64,000 bases of DNA from a virus: the IMG/VR virus record IMGVR_UViG_3300025769_000069; one strand, written 5' to 3'. Of the stretch, positions 10,829-20,004 are shown in pieces. How positions within the stretch are numbered: position 1 is the first letter of the stretch; each line of letters begins with the position of its first letter. Below the pieces are notes generated by a model. It worked only from the letters and a program-made list of their open reading frames with translations, was not told where the DNA came from and made no database searches. The translations under genes were made by a program, and so were the position numbers.

Positions 10829-11026
10829 ATGACTAAACAACAAATCTTTGACCAAACATTCGACATTGCTTGGGATTGTCCTCTTGGTGACTTCCTTAAA
10901 ACACTCGAAGATTTTAACCTTACTCTAAAATCTTTCATCGCTGAAGGTCCTGGTGGTGGAAATCCCACTATTACTCTTTCCGGTACACCAACTAACCTTT
11001 CACTCTTTGAATTCCACATCGGATAA
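10829..11026 (+). CDS. Early hypothetical protein (GPGGGNP family)
   Basis: First ORF after cassette 1, AAGGAG RBS. Confidence 0.7.
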   Translation: MTKQQIFDQTFDIAWDCPLGDFLKTLEDFNLTLKSFIAEGPGGGNPTITLSGTPTNLSLFEFHIG

Positions 11027-11037
11027 GGATTTATATC

Positions 11038-11319
11038 ATGGCTTATGTTACTTACAAAAATCGCTCATCATCAGACTATCGTTTTACTTGTAAATCTCTT
11101 GATGATCCTGAGATTGCAAATCTTAAAGAAATACTTGTCAACCGCAACAGTTTCATTAAACATGCCCGCAAACAAATGGGTATGATGAGTTTTTACGGTC
11201 AACAAAAAACACAAGGCCTTCGTATCCGTCCTCGTGGCCCTCGTCCGTCTCAGTGGGCAAAAGATACACCTTGGGAAAATGCAACTCATTATGATGTTTA
11301 CATACGGGAGTATATGTGA
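11038..11319 (+). CDS. Early hypothetical protein
   Basis: RPRGPR...ATHYDVY; AAGGA RBS. Confidence 0.7.
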   Translation: MAYVTYKNRSSSDYRFTCKSLDDPEIANLKEILVNRNSFIKHARKQMGMMSFYGQQKTQGLRIRPRGPRPSQWAKDTPWENATHYDVYIREYM

Positions 11320-11325
11320 TAGAAT
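11296..11325 (+). promoter_or_regulatory. Sigma70-type promoter for the DNA-modification operon
   Basis: GTTTACA-17-TAGAAT with TG extension; similar sites at 931, 19972, 41872, 45003, 56292, 62211. Confidence 0.7.
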
Positions 11326-11349
11326 ACTATTATCCACAACAATTGAGGT

Positions 11350-11703
11350 ATGATTATGCGTGAATCGCTAAAAGTATTACAAGAATGTGCTGAACTCCAG
11401 CAACAAAAATCGCGTGACTATCAAAATGATAAATCACGTATTGTTCAAGCTGATTACTATCCACGTGGTGTAGCTTCAATTATGGATATTATCCATGCTA
11501 AAACTCTTCGACTTTGGTCAGTACTTGAAGCTATGGAAAATGATCCTGAATATAAACCAAACTTTGAGTCTATGGAAGACTCATTCAAAGATCTAATCAA
11601 CTATTCTAGTTTTGGCGTAGCATTCTGTCGTGGTAAAATTCCAGGTCAACGTACTGATCGTGACTTTCTAAATCGTGAGATCCGTAATAATGAAACTGAA
11701 TAA
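11350..11703 (+). CDS. Nucleotide modification associated domain 1 (Nmad1/DUF1599-like)
   Basis: KSRDY...K.LRL...ESMEDSFKDLINY; adjacent to the hydroxymethylase. Confidence 0.75.
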   Translation: MIMRESLKVLQECAELQQQKSRDYQNDKSRIVQADYYPRGVASIMDIIHAKTLRLWSVLEAMENDPEYKPNFESMEDSFKDLINYSSFGVAFCRGKIPGQRTDRDFLNREIRNNETE

Positions 11704-12385
11704 TGTAAACGATATCCGCCAATTCTTTATTGATGAACTTAAAGATGAAGCTTACACCATTGATAAAACTGGTCAAAAGACTATTGAATTAATTGGTGCT
11801 CAGTTTGTTGCAGATGAACCATCAATATTTGGTGTACCTAACCAAGAATACATTGATGCTGAACTGGCTTGGTATGAAAGCCAATCAACTAACATTTATG
11901 ATATTAATGGTAAAATAAAAGCACCACCTGCTGCATGGAAATATACAGCTAATACTCATGGTGAAATCAATTCTAATTATGGCCATTTGATTTTTTCTGA
12001 TAAGTATTACAATCAGTACGGTATGGTTCTAGATGAGCTACAGACTCATCCAGATGGCCGTAGAGCCACTATAGTATACAATAGGCCGTCTATTTGGATA
12101 GAATTTTGTGAAAATGGCAAGAATGACTTTATTTGCACAAATGCAGTAACTTATTATATTCGAGATAATTTATTACATTCCGTAGTCCAAATGCGTTCCA
12201 ATGATGTCATCTATGGATACAAGAACGATTTTGCGTGGCAGCTTTATGTAATGAAAAAATTAGTAAGTGATTTTAATAGTATCGCTAGAATGACCGGCGA
12301 TCATGCTGAAATAGAACTTGGCCATATCATCTGGCAAGTTCAAAACTTACACGTATATGAAAGGCATTTTCACCTTGTCAAATAA
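11690..12385 (+). CDS. gp42: dCMP hydroxymethylase (T4 gp42-like)
   Basis: DFICT and MRSNDVIYGYKNDFAWQ, with the Asp specificity residue as in gp42; LHVYERHF. Confidence 0.88.
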   Translation: MKLNNVNDIRQFFIDELKDEAYTIDKTGQKTIELIGAQFVADEPSIFGVPNQEYIDAELAWYESQSTNIYDINGKIKAPPAAWKYTANTHGEINSNYGHLIFSDKYYNQYGMVLDELQTHPDGRRATIVYNRPSIWIEFCENGKNDFICTNAVTYYIRDNLLHSVVQMRSNDVIYGYKNDFAWQLYVMKKLVSDFNSIARMTGDHAEIELGHIIWQVQNLHVYERHFHLVK

Positions 12386-12836
12386 ATGGGATAAACGTTA
12401 TCTTAACCTTGCTAGAGAAATCAGCACGTGGTCTAAAGATCCATCATCTAAAATTGGAGCTGTAGCAATTGGCTCCAAAGGTCAAGTACTCGCTCAAGGA
12501 TATAATGGTTTGCCTCGAGGCATCTTTGATGGAGAGTCTAGGCTTAGAGATAAAGAAGTAAAATATCAGTATGTTGTTCATGCTGAAATGAATTTAATTT
12601 ATAATGCTACGTATAATGGCGTCTCATTAGATGGTTCGACTTTATACGTATGGGGATTGCCGATTTGTAGTGAGTGCGCAAAAGGCGTGATCCAAGTTGG
12701 GATTTCTAGAGTAGTTATGCCAGATCATGATTTTCCAAAAAAATGGAAAAGTTCTTGGGAGATATCCCGTGTTCTATTTAACGAAGCAGGAATAAAATAT
12801 GACTTTGTTGATATGTGGTCTAAGTCCATCGAATAA
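12357..12836 (+). CDS. cd: dCMP deaminase
   Basis: WSKDPS, GYNG, HAEMN, PICSEC; start uncertain. Confidence 0.9.
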   Translation: MKGIFTLSNKWDKRYLNLAREISTWSKDPSSKIGAVAIGSKGQVLAQGYNGLPRGIFDGESRLRDKEVKYQYVVHAEMNLIYNATYNGVSLDGSTLYVWGLPICSECAKGVIQVGISRVVMPDHDFPKKWKSSWEISRVLFNEAGIKYDFVDMWSKSIE

Positions 12837-13143
12837 GTTCACACCAAAATTAAATGAAGTTCCATCCTTTAAAAAACTAAACAAATGGATGGATTATTTT
12901 GGATATAAGTACTATTCATTCACCAACATAAAACCTGATGGAAAAAATGTGTACATTGATGCAATAATAGATTATAATCTTATTATAGCATTGGGCAATG
13001 AAGCTTCAACTATCTTGAAAAAATTTGGTATTGAACATTTTTCTTTACCACATCCATCGCCCTTAAATAGAAAACTAAATGATAATGATTATGAAATGCA
13101 ATGTTTAAAAGAGTGTAAAGAATGGCTAAGAAAAAAATTTTAG
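12799..13143 (+). CDS. Minimal uracil-DNA glycosylase-superfamily protein
   Basis: GLSPS...IIALGNEA...LPHPSPLN. Confidence 0.7.
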   Translation: MTLLICGLSPSNKFTPKLNEVPSFKKLNKWMDYFGYKYYSFTNIKPDGKNVYIDAIIDYNLIIALGNEASTILKKFGIEHFSLPHPSPLNRKLNDNDYEMQCLKECKEWLRKKF

Positions 13144-14231
13144 TAACTGGATTTAATCACGAGCAAACAAGATACGACGGTTATTTAAGAAAACGAGTTG
13201 GTGTTATTCTTTGTCACTATGGACTTGTTCGTTGTCTTGAAGATATGGACTTTGAACTTACTCAAACATACACTGAGCCAGGAACAGATATTTCTGAATA
13301 CGATCATGTGATTGTTTTTCTACATAATCCACAAGGATTTTGTCAACGCTTATTTGATGGTCTTTGGGCCCTATCTCAAAGACCAGATGCTATTGTTGCC
13401 TTTGATGACTGGCAAGTAAAAGACATATATAATGGTATCATCCAGTATGGTAAAACTTTACGTGAACGTCCTGAGTCAGCATATCGTGGTCATATTTTAG
13501 ATCAGTATCATACAATTAAAGATGAGGCAAAAGTAAAATCATTCAATCAAGCATATCTCGATGCAATTGATATGTTAGAGGAAAAAAAGAATAAAGTTTT
13601 ACTTTGTACGTTTAGTGGCGGTGATGTAGAAAAATTTGGATTAGACTGGAATAAAGATTTACTATATACTTTTAATCCTAATCCATATCACTTAAGCAGA
13701 TCATATAAAAACAATTATGGTATTGAAGAAAGCAATGATTTAACTTCTTTCTTTGATGATTCTCCTGTTGGTCCAAATAAAGAAACAAAAGAAAAAGTTT
13801 GGATATTTAGTTCTCTAGTTCAAACAAAAACTCGTAAGTGGTTAACAAAACTAGATACGCAGTGGGATGTTAGAATTTATGGTGCGCAGCGGGGTGCTTA
13901 TAAGTCTGAACGTTTAACCGAAGATAAGATGGTTCAGGAATATGAAAGTGTATGGGGTAATTTGATGCCAGCATATGATAACATTGGTTCTGGTTGGTGG
14001 AGAACTCGAGTGTTGCAGTGTGCTGAAGCATTCTGTATTACATATTGCGATTATAATGAGGGAATCATCTATGGTGAAGAATATTGTAATTTTACTCCAG
14101 CAGATCTAGAACAAATGGATAAAGAACAACTGTGGAATAAAGCGATTGCTCAGTACGAATGCTTACTAGATAATCACCCACTAAATAAAGATGTAACAAA
14201 GAAAGAATTATTGGAGGTCCTTCATGGCTAA
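13122..14231 (+). CDS. Putative DNA (hmC) glycosyltransferase, GT-B type
   Basis: AFDDWQ, GSGWWRTR; position between gp42 and NDP-sugar epimerases. Confidence 0.6.
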   Translation: MAKKKILVTGFNHEQTRYDGYLRKRVGVILCHYGLVRCLEDMDFELTQTYTEPGTDISEYDHVIVFLHNPQGFCQRLFDGLWALSQRPDAIVAFDDWQVKDIYNGIIQYGKTLRERPESAYRGHILDQYHTIKDEAKVKSFNQAYLDAIDMLEEKKNKVLLCTFSGGDVEKFGLDWNKDLLYTFNPNPYHLSRSYKNNYGIEESNDLTSFFDDSPVGPNKETKEKVWIFSSLVQTKTRKWLTKLDTQWDVRIYGAQRGAYKSERLTEDKMVQEYESVWGNLMPAYDNIGSGWWRTRVLQCAEAFCITYCDYNEGIIYGEEYCNFTPADLEQMDKEQLWNKAIAQYECLLDNHPLNKDVTKKELLEVLHG

Positions 14232-15180
14232 GGTGTTAATTACTGGTGGAGCTGGTTTTATTGGTTTTCATTTGGCGCAGTCAATGCAAGATGATGGATG
14301 GGATGTAGCCTGTCTAGATGATTTTAATGGATTTTATTATGATCCGAATATGAAAGCTGATCGTTCAGAAATCCTAGCAGAACGTGGAATTAAAACATGG
14401 GCAGTTGATATTAAAGAAAAATCAAAGCTTGTCAACGCGTTGGATGCTGAGAAACCGGATGTTGTAATGCATCTTGCTGCTCACGCCGGCGTGCGTCACT
14501 CTCTGGACTATTCTAGACAGTATATTGACAACAATATCTATGGTACGCAAAACTTAATTGAAGCATGTGAAATTGTTGGAGTTGATAATGTAGTATATGC
14601 TTCGACTTCATGTGTTATGGCTGGCAATCAACTACCTTGGAAAGAAGATGATCCAACAAGACATCAACTCAATCCATATGGCTATACCAAAATGACAAAT
14701 GAATGTCAGATGATGGTATCAAAAATCAACAATACAATTGGTCTTCGTTTCTTTACAGTCTATGGACCTTGGGGTCGACCAGACATGGCATTGTTTAAAT
14801 TCACAAAAGGTATCCTTGATGGATCAAAAATTGATGTCTTTAATTATGGTGATATGAAACGAGACTTTACGTATGTAGATGATATTGTTGCTGGGATTAA
14901 AGTTCTGATTCAACGCACTATGGATAGTGACGGTTTAAAGGAAATCTATAATATTGGAAGAGGCGAACAAGTTCAGCTTATGGATTTCATTACTGAAATT
15001 GAAAAGAATTTTGGTCGCAAGGCTGAGAAAAATTTGTTACCAAAACATCCAGCTGATACTCAAGAAACATGGTCAGACACAACTAAACTCCGGTCTTTAG
15101 GTTGGAAACCTACTACTTCAATCTCTGAAGGCATTGAAAAATTTGCTGAATGGTATAAGTCATATTATGGAGTAAATTGA
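14224..15180 (+). CDS. NAD-dependent epimerase, UDP-glucuronate 4-epimerase type
   Basis: TGGAGFIG, HLAAHAGVRHS, YGYTK, RFFTVYGPWGRPDMA. Confidence 0.9.
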   Translation: MAKVLITGGAGFIGFHLAQSMQDDGWDVACLDDFNGFYYDPNMKADRSEILAERGIKTWAVDIKEKSKLVNALDAEKPDVVMHLAAHAGVRHSLDYSRQYIDNNIYGTQNLIEACEIVGVDNVVYASTSCVMAGNQLPWKEDDPTRHQLNPYGYTKMTNECQMMVSKINNTIGLRFFTVYGPWGRPDMALFKFTKGILDGSKIDVFNYGDMKRDFTYVDDIVAGIKVLIQRTMDSDGLKEIYNIGRGEQVQLMDFITEIEKNFGRKAEKNLLPKHPADTQETWSDTTKLRSLGWKPTTSISEGIEKFAEWYKSYYGVN

Positions 15181-15211
15181 ATAAATAGATAAAAATATTT
15201 AGAGGTACCTC

Positions 15212-16180
15212 ATGGCAAAAATTCTAATTACGGGCGGCGTAGGTTTTATTGGTTATCATTTAGCTCTGGCATTAAATAGTGATGGCCATCAAATTTGGCT
15301 TTTGGATAATTTTAATTTATGGGATTCTGTCAAAGGAATAAAAAGAGATAGAAAAAATTTGTTAACAGAGGTCGATGGAATTGACTTTATGCGTATGGAC
15401 ATTAGAAGTCAAGATGAAATTTGGCCGTGGTTCGAAGCACATCAATTTGATACCGCTGTTCACTTAGCTGGCCATGGGATGATAAGAACATCTGCAGAAG
15501 CTGGGAATAAACTTCCGTACGTTATGACTGGAATAGCAGGAGTAACTGAATTAATTGAAATGTTTGAAAGATTTGGTGTTAACAATGTTTTCTATGCATC
15601 TACTGGTGAAGTTGGTCAGGGTAACGCTTTACCTTGGTCAGAATCCGTTCCAATTCAACCAGCATTGAATCATTATACTTTAAGTAAAATTGCAAATGAA
15701 ATGCAGTTTAATATGTCAGATATTCAAAAAACTGTTGGATTGAGACTATTTAATACATATGGTCCATATGGTAGAATTGATATGGCCCCAACTAAATTTG
15801 CAACATGTTTACAAGACAATCTTCCTATTCAAGTGCACAACGAAGGAAATATGTCTAGAGATTGGATATATATTGATGATGCTATAAATGGTATTAAAAC
15901 TATTATGAATCATACTTGGAATACTGATGGTCAAGTACGAGAAATATATAATATTGGTTCTGGAACAAAGACAAGTCTAAATGATTTTATAACTAAATTA
16001 GAAACGGCTTATGGAGTAACAGGCACTAAAGAATTAGTGGATATGGCTTCAGGTGAAGTTCAAGATACACAAGCAGACATTACAAAATTACAAGCGCTTG
16101 GCTGGTCTCCTACTACATCATTAGATGATGGACTAACAAGTTTTGTAACGTGGTTTAAAACTTACTATGGAGTTAGTTAA
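15212..16180 (+). CDS. Second, divergent NAD-dependent epimerase paralogue
   Basis: TGGVGFIG, YTLSK, RLFNTYGPYGRIDMA. Confidence 0.85.
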   Translation: MAKILITGGVGFIGYHLALALNSDGHQIWLLDNFNLWDSVKGIKRDRKNLLTEVDGIDFMRMDIRSQDEIWPWFEAHQFDTAVHLAGHGMIRTSAEAGNKLPYVMTGIAGVTELIEMFERFGVNNVFYASTGEVGQGNALPWSESVPIQPALNHYTLSKIANEMQFNMSDIQKTVGLRLFNTYGPYGRIDMAPTKFATCLQDNLPIQVHNEGNMSRDWIYIDDAINGIKTIMNHTWNTDGQVREIYNIGSGTKTSLNDFITKLETAYGVTGTKELVDMASGEVQDTQADITKLQALGWSPTTSLDDGLTSFVTWFKTYYGVS

Positions 16181-16182
16181 AT

Positions 16183-16557
16183 ATGATAGTTGACGTTGAA
16201 TTGAATTTTTTACATAAATTTTTTGATGAAGTAGAAGAATATGCGCAGATAGATCGCGACATGCTGCATTGCAAAATGTGGGACGGCGCGCCCTGGCCGT
16301 GTCAGCCTGGAGATCAAAGACTTTATCTTTTTAATCACAGAGGACATAAGTCTTTAGCACTTCAAAGTGATATTGAAATAATAGGTAAATGGTTAGAAGA
16401 AATAAATCCAAACACACTAACTTTTTTATCTTTTCCTTGGCACGAGGATAAGGAAGGGGTTGAACCTAATACATGGCCATGTATTCTTCATGTACATTAT
16501 GATAGATGCCATGAGGGTGTTGTTCCAAACCCGCACTGGAATGAACCCAACTACTAG
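16183..16557 (+). CDS. Hypothetical protein
   Basis: ORF track, in operon. Confidence 0.55.
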   Translation: MIVDVELNFLHKFFDEVEEYAQIDRDMLHCKMWDGAPWPCQPGDQRLYLFNHRGHKSLALQSDIEIIGKWLEEINPNTLTFLSFPWHEDKEGVEPNTWPCILHVHYDRCHEGVVPNPHWNEPNY

Positions 16558-16565
16558 TTGACAGC

Positions 16566-17753
16566 ATGATTTATTCTAGTATTGTTCCGTTAATTGGCGG
16601 TGAAACAATTGCAATGGAAAAAGTCTTTGGAAAAAGACCTGAGTACATTCTTTCATATTCAGACTTTACAGCTAATGATAGCCAGCTTCTTCACTATTAC
16701 AATCATTCTGTTCCTTATCTTCTTCTCGATAAAGGTGGCCTTGCTCCTAGTCAGGTTGATGTGGTCAATACTGTCTGTCCTTGTGCAGGTCTTAGTTCCC
16801 TTAGCCCTTCTAGCAGTGGTGATAGTACTACTAATGATTGGATGGTCAAGTCTGCAGAGTATGTGCTCGAATCAGTCCAACCAACTGTGTTCTGGGGTGA
16901 AAACGCTCCACGTCTCGCTAGTAAAATGGGAGCACCAGTTGTCGCAAAGTTACGAAAACTTGCAAAGAAATATGGATACACATTCTCCATCTACAAAACA
17001 AAATCAATCCTCCACGGACTAAGTCAAATAAGAGATCGTACTTTCTATTTCTTTTGGAAAGGCAATCATGTTCCAATTTTTAAATACTACAATAGACCAT
17101 ATACAACTATTGAAGATCAAATCAGATCATCTGCAACAAATGAACTTGATCCAATGTTTGAACAAGTAAATAATAAAGGGAAACCTTCTGAAGATCCAAT
17201 GTATAGATTTGTTCTAGAAGAAATTGAAGGTGGTATGTCTCATTTTGATTATGTAAAGAAAACAAAGAAAACTCATAATCCGTATGATGCTATTGAAAGA
17301 GCTCAGATTAAATATTCTACTGTTGCAGAATGGATGAAATCTGAAGGATATGATCGTGTTGGAGAACGAATGATGCGCATTAATGAAAAGCTTGAATCAG
17401 GCGGAAACATTATGCGTAAAGGTGTTGAGATTGGAAAAGATTACATTGGCGCATTTGTTGGACATAATCCAACTAGCTTAGTACATCCTGATGAAGACAG
17501 ATTTATTAATACTCGCGAAGCTTTAGACATAATGAAAATGCCAAAAGACTTTATGTTACAAGGTGGGATTAAGAATTTAAATATGATTTGCCAGAATGTT
17601 CCCGTTACGACAGCAATGGATATGGCAGAGAATGTAAAAGATTTTCTTGGAGGATCTATTCAAACAATTGAAGCTGATTATATTCTTCAAGATAATAAAA
17701 CACAAACTTACAACGTCGAAAGAGTTATGAATACTCTAGAAGCTTTTATCTAA
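16566..17753 (+). CDS. C5-cytosine DNA methyltransferase homologue with atypical motif I
   Basis: CPCAGLS (IV), GENAP (VI), QIRDR (VIII), CQNVP (X); motif I reads IVPLIGG. Confidence 0.75.
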   Translation: MIYSSIVPLIGGETIAMEKVFGKRPEYILSYSDFTANDSQLLHYYNHSVPYLLLDKGGLAPSQVDVVNTVCPCAGLSSLSPSSSGDSTTNDWMVKSAEYVLESVQPTVFWGENAPRLASKMGAPVVAKLRKLAKKYGYTFSIYKTKSILHGLSQIRDRTFYFFWKGNHVPIFKYYNRPYTTIEDQIRSSATNELDPMFEQVNNKGKPSEDPMYRFVLEEIEGGMSHFDYVKKTKKTHNPYDAIERAQIKYSTVAEWMKSEGYDRVGERMMRINEKLESGGNIMRKGVEIGKDYIGAFVGHNPTSLVHPDEDRFINTREALDIMKMPKDFMLQGGIKNLNMICQNVPVTTAMDMAENVKDFLGGSIQTIEADYILQDNKTQTYNVERVMNTLEAFI

Positions 17754-17913
17754 CTTCAACGTATAAGCATTCCATACTCTGGTTCTTACCAGTAACTAAT
17801 ACAATAGCTTTTTCATAAGCTACTTTACAATCTCGTTCTTGTTCATAGCTTCCCACGTGATAAAAGTTAATGTTTTGCGCAGCCGCTAATTCTAACCATA
17901 CTAGTATCCACAT
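17746..17913 (-). CDS. Small exported two-Cys protein (MWILVWL...)
   Basis: Coupled to the upstream minus-strand gene; similar to 21078..21254. Confidence 0.6.
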   Translation of the reverse strand: MWILVWLELAAAQNINFYHVGSYEQERDCKVAYEKAIVLVTGKNQSMECLYVEVR

Positions 17914-18396
17914 TTACCATTTCCCTTGTATTCCTCCAACATACCAAATTACAAATCCTATTATAATAATAGCTACACCTGCAGCTAATATTCCTACAAT
18001 CCATTCAAGTATCAATTGTTTTCTCTCTTCAGCTTCGTATATAGCTTGTTTGCGATCTTTACGCATCTGCGCTTCAATGCGAACTATTTCGTCCCAAGCA
18101 GATGGTCCATAGTATAAGCTAATATAACTTCTTAGTTCATTACGCATTTCTTGGGCTTTTTGCTTTTGAGCCCAAACCTCCAACGCGTTTTGTTGTATAT
18201 CACTAGCACCAAACATCTTTTTAAAGAATGGTGGATTCTCTGCTTGTTTATGAGCAAAGTCTAAGTCAGCTATTGATGAGGCCCACTGGTTAAGAGTGGA
18301 TCCCATTTCTGTTATTTCTTTACCTGTGGCTATAGCACTTTTGATTCCATTATATGCAGCGGTAGCCATTCCAACCGCAGTAATTGGGTCTATCAT
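17914..18396 (-). CDS. Coiled-coil protein with C-terminal TM helix
   Basis: MIDPITAVGMATAAY; AGGAG RBS; minus-strand late promoter at 18416-18423. Confidence 0.8.
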   Translation of the reverse strand: MIDPITAVGMATAAYNGIKSAIATGKEITEMGSTLNQWASSIADLDFAHKQAENPPFFKKMFGASDIQQNALEVWAQKQKAQEMRNELRSYISLYYGPSAWDEIVRIEAQMRKDRKQAIYEAEERKQLILEWIVGILAAGVAIIIIGFVIWYVGGIQGKW

Positions 18397-18422
18397 GCGC
18401 CCTCTCCTTATTGCATATTTAT

Positions 18423-18503
18423 AAAAAAATGAGCTGACTGCTCATTTTTTTGTTTACAATTCATGCGTAATAGTGTAGTATAATAATATAAAGAATGAAG
18501 GAG
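18423..18503 (+). promoter_or_regulatory. Hairpin + early promoter + RBS cassette, copy 2
   Basis: AAAAAAATGAGC-TGACT-GCTCATTTTTTT, GTTTACA-17-TAGTAT, GAAGGAG. Confidence 0.9.
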
Positions 18504-18510
18504 ACATATC

Positions 18511-18759
18511 ATGGAATTCAACTGGATGGTTACAGCTACAAACGCAAAAGGCGATTTTGTTGAAGAATATTTTGTAGAGGCTAAAGAAGCTGATATTCGT
18601 CATAAGCAACTTTACAACGAAGTTGATGATCGTGGTCTTTGGATGTGGGGTACAATCCGTACTATCAATCTTGACTATAATCGTGATGATTTAATCACTG
18701 GCATTCTTGGTCAACCTCGTGAAGGTAAAGTTCCTAGCTGCGTAGCGGAGGTAGCATAA
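18511..18759 (+). CDS. Early hypothetical protein
   Basis: Follows cassette 2. Confidence 0.7.
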   Translation: MEFNWMVTATNAKGDFVEEYFVEAKEADIRHKQLYNEVDDRGLWMWGTIRTINLDYNRDDLITGILGQPREGKVPSCVAEVA

Positions 18760-18974
18760 TGCAAAGAGCAGGCAAAACACATAAAGCCGCTATGGGTGGT
18801 GATGGTCGTATCGATCTTCGTGAGTTGATTGATTTTATGGAGCGTTGTGAAAATGTTCTAGAACGTGAAAATGAACCTGATGTTGCATTTTATTTTGGTC
18901 AAATAAAAGAATTTCTACGGGACAATCCACATAAAGGCTTAAAGGAAGACGCAGGTAGAATTCTAGGACTATAA
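18759..18974 (+). CDS. Hypothetical protein
   Basis: GGAGG RBS, TAATG coupling. Confidence 0.7.
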   Translation: MQRAGKTHKAAMGGDGRIDLRELIDFMERCENVLERENEPDVAFYFGQIKEFLRDNPHKGLKEDAGRILGL

Positions 18975-18976
18975 AT

Positions 18977-19447
18977 ATGAATAAGAAATATGTCCATATA
19001 GCGAGCGGGTTTTTAACAATGGCAGGCTTAACAATACTTGGCCTTACGGCAATGATGTCATTGCCTGAGGTCGATCCAAAACAACATGAATGTATGGCAC
19101 TTAACATTTATCACGAAGCTCGTGGCGAACGTTGGGAAGGCCAAATTGCTGTAGCACATGTAACAATGAATAGAGTTAACCATCAAAATTGGCCAAATTC
19201 TATTTGTGATGTAGTATATGAATCAAAACAATTTAGTTGGACTCATATGATTAAAGATCATACTCCAACTGAAGAAAAAGCTTGGAAAGAAGCAAAAGTT
19301 ATTGCACGTGATGTTATGATTGGCAATACTGAAGATCCTACAAAAGGTGCTGAGTTTTATCATGCTAATTATGTAAATCCGTGGTGGGCAAAGGAATATA
19401 AACTTACCAAAGTAATTGGTAATCATTTATTTTACAGTTTAGACTAA
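18977..19447 (+). CDS. Cell wall hydrolase, SleB/Hydrolase_2 family, with N-terminal TM
   Basis: CMALNIYHEARGE, QFSW, YHANYVNPWW, IGNHLFY. Confidence 0.92.
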   Translation: MNKKYVHIASGFLTMAGLTILGLTAMMSLPEVDPKQHECMALNIYHEARGERWEGQIAVAHVTMNRVNHQNWPNSICDVVYESKQFSWTHMIKDHTPTEEKAWKEAKVIARDVMIGNTEDPTKGAEFYHANYVNPWWAKEYKLTKVIGNHLFYSLD

Positions 19448-19448
19448 A

Positions 19449-19625
19449 ATGTACATTACGCCCTGTGTACAAATCTGTAAAATTGATATAGAATTAAAAA
19501 CATGTATTGGCTGCGGTCGTACTATTGATGAAATTAAAGAATGGATGTCATACACTGAAGAAGAACGTATGGCAATAATGAGGAGACTTGGTTATGGCAA
19601 AAGACGCAAACGTGATAAACTATAA
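19449..19625 (+). CDS. DUF1289-like Cys-rich small protein
   Basis: TPCVQICKID...CIGCGRTIDEIKEW. Confidence 0.8.
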   Translation: MYITPCVQICKIDIELKTCIGCGRTIDEIKEWMSYTEEERMAIMRRLGYGKRRKRDKL

Positions 19626-19884
19626 ATTTGATGAAGCGAATTTAATTGCAGAATTTAAAGAATATATTGACGCTACTTATGGACAGCATTATGCCAAAGA
19701 CAAGTTTCAAGCAACAGAATTTATTATTGATGGTGGTCATGGCACTGGCTTTTGTGTGGGTAACGTTTTAAAGTATGCACAGCGATATGGTAAAAAAGGA
19801 ACTCATGCAGATGCACGTAAAGATCTAATGAAGGTGTTGCATTATGCCCTCATCCAATTATACATTCACGATAGAGACTATTAA
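19594..19884 (+). CDS. DUF3310-like protein
   Basis: HY...GFCVGNVLKYAQRYGKK...DLMKVLHY. Confidence 0.75.
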   Translation: MAKDANVINYKFDEANLIAEFKEYIDATYGQHYAKDKFQATEFIIDGGHGTGFCVGNVLKYAQRYGKKGTHADARKDLMKVLHYALIQLYIHDRDY

Positions 19885-20004
19885 GATCAATAATAAAACA
19901 AAATTCATTGCTTATGACGGCAATAAACGTGTAATAATTATGTCACGCAGTAGGAAAATCGTCGTGGGGTATTTACAATCTTTGGGATATGTGATATAAG
20001 TATA

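Noticed and set aside
11690-12385. Thymidylate synthase ThyA
   Set aside because: The specificity position reads KND-FAWQ as in dCMP hydroxymethylase, and a separate ThyX supplies dTMP
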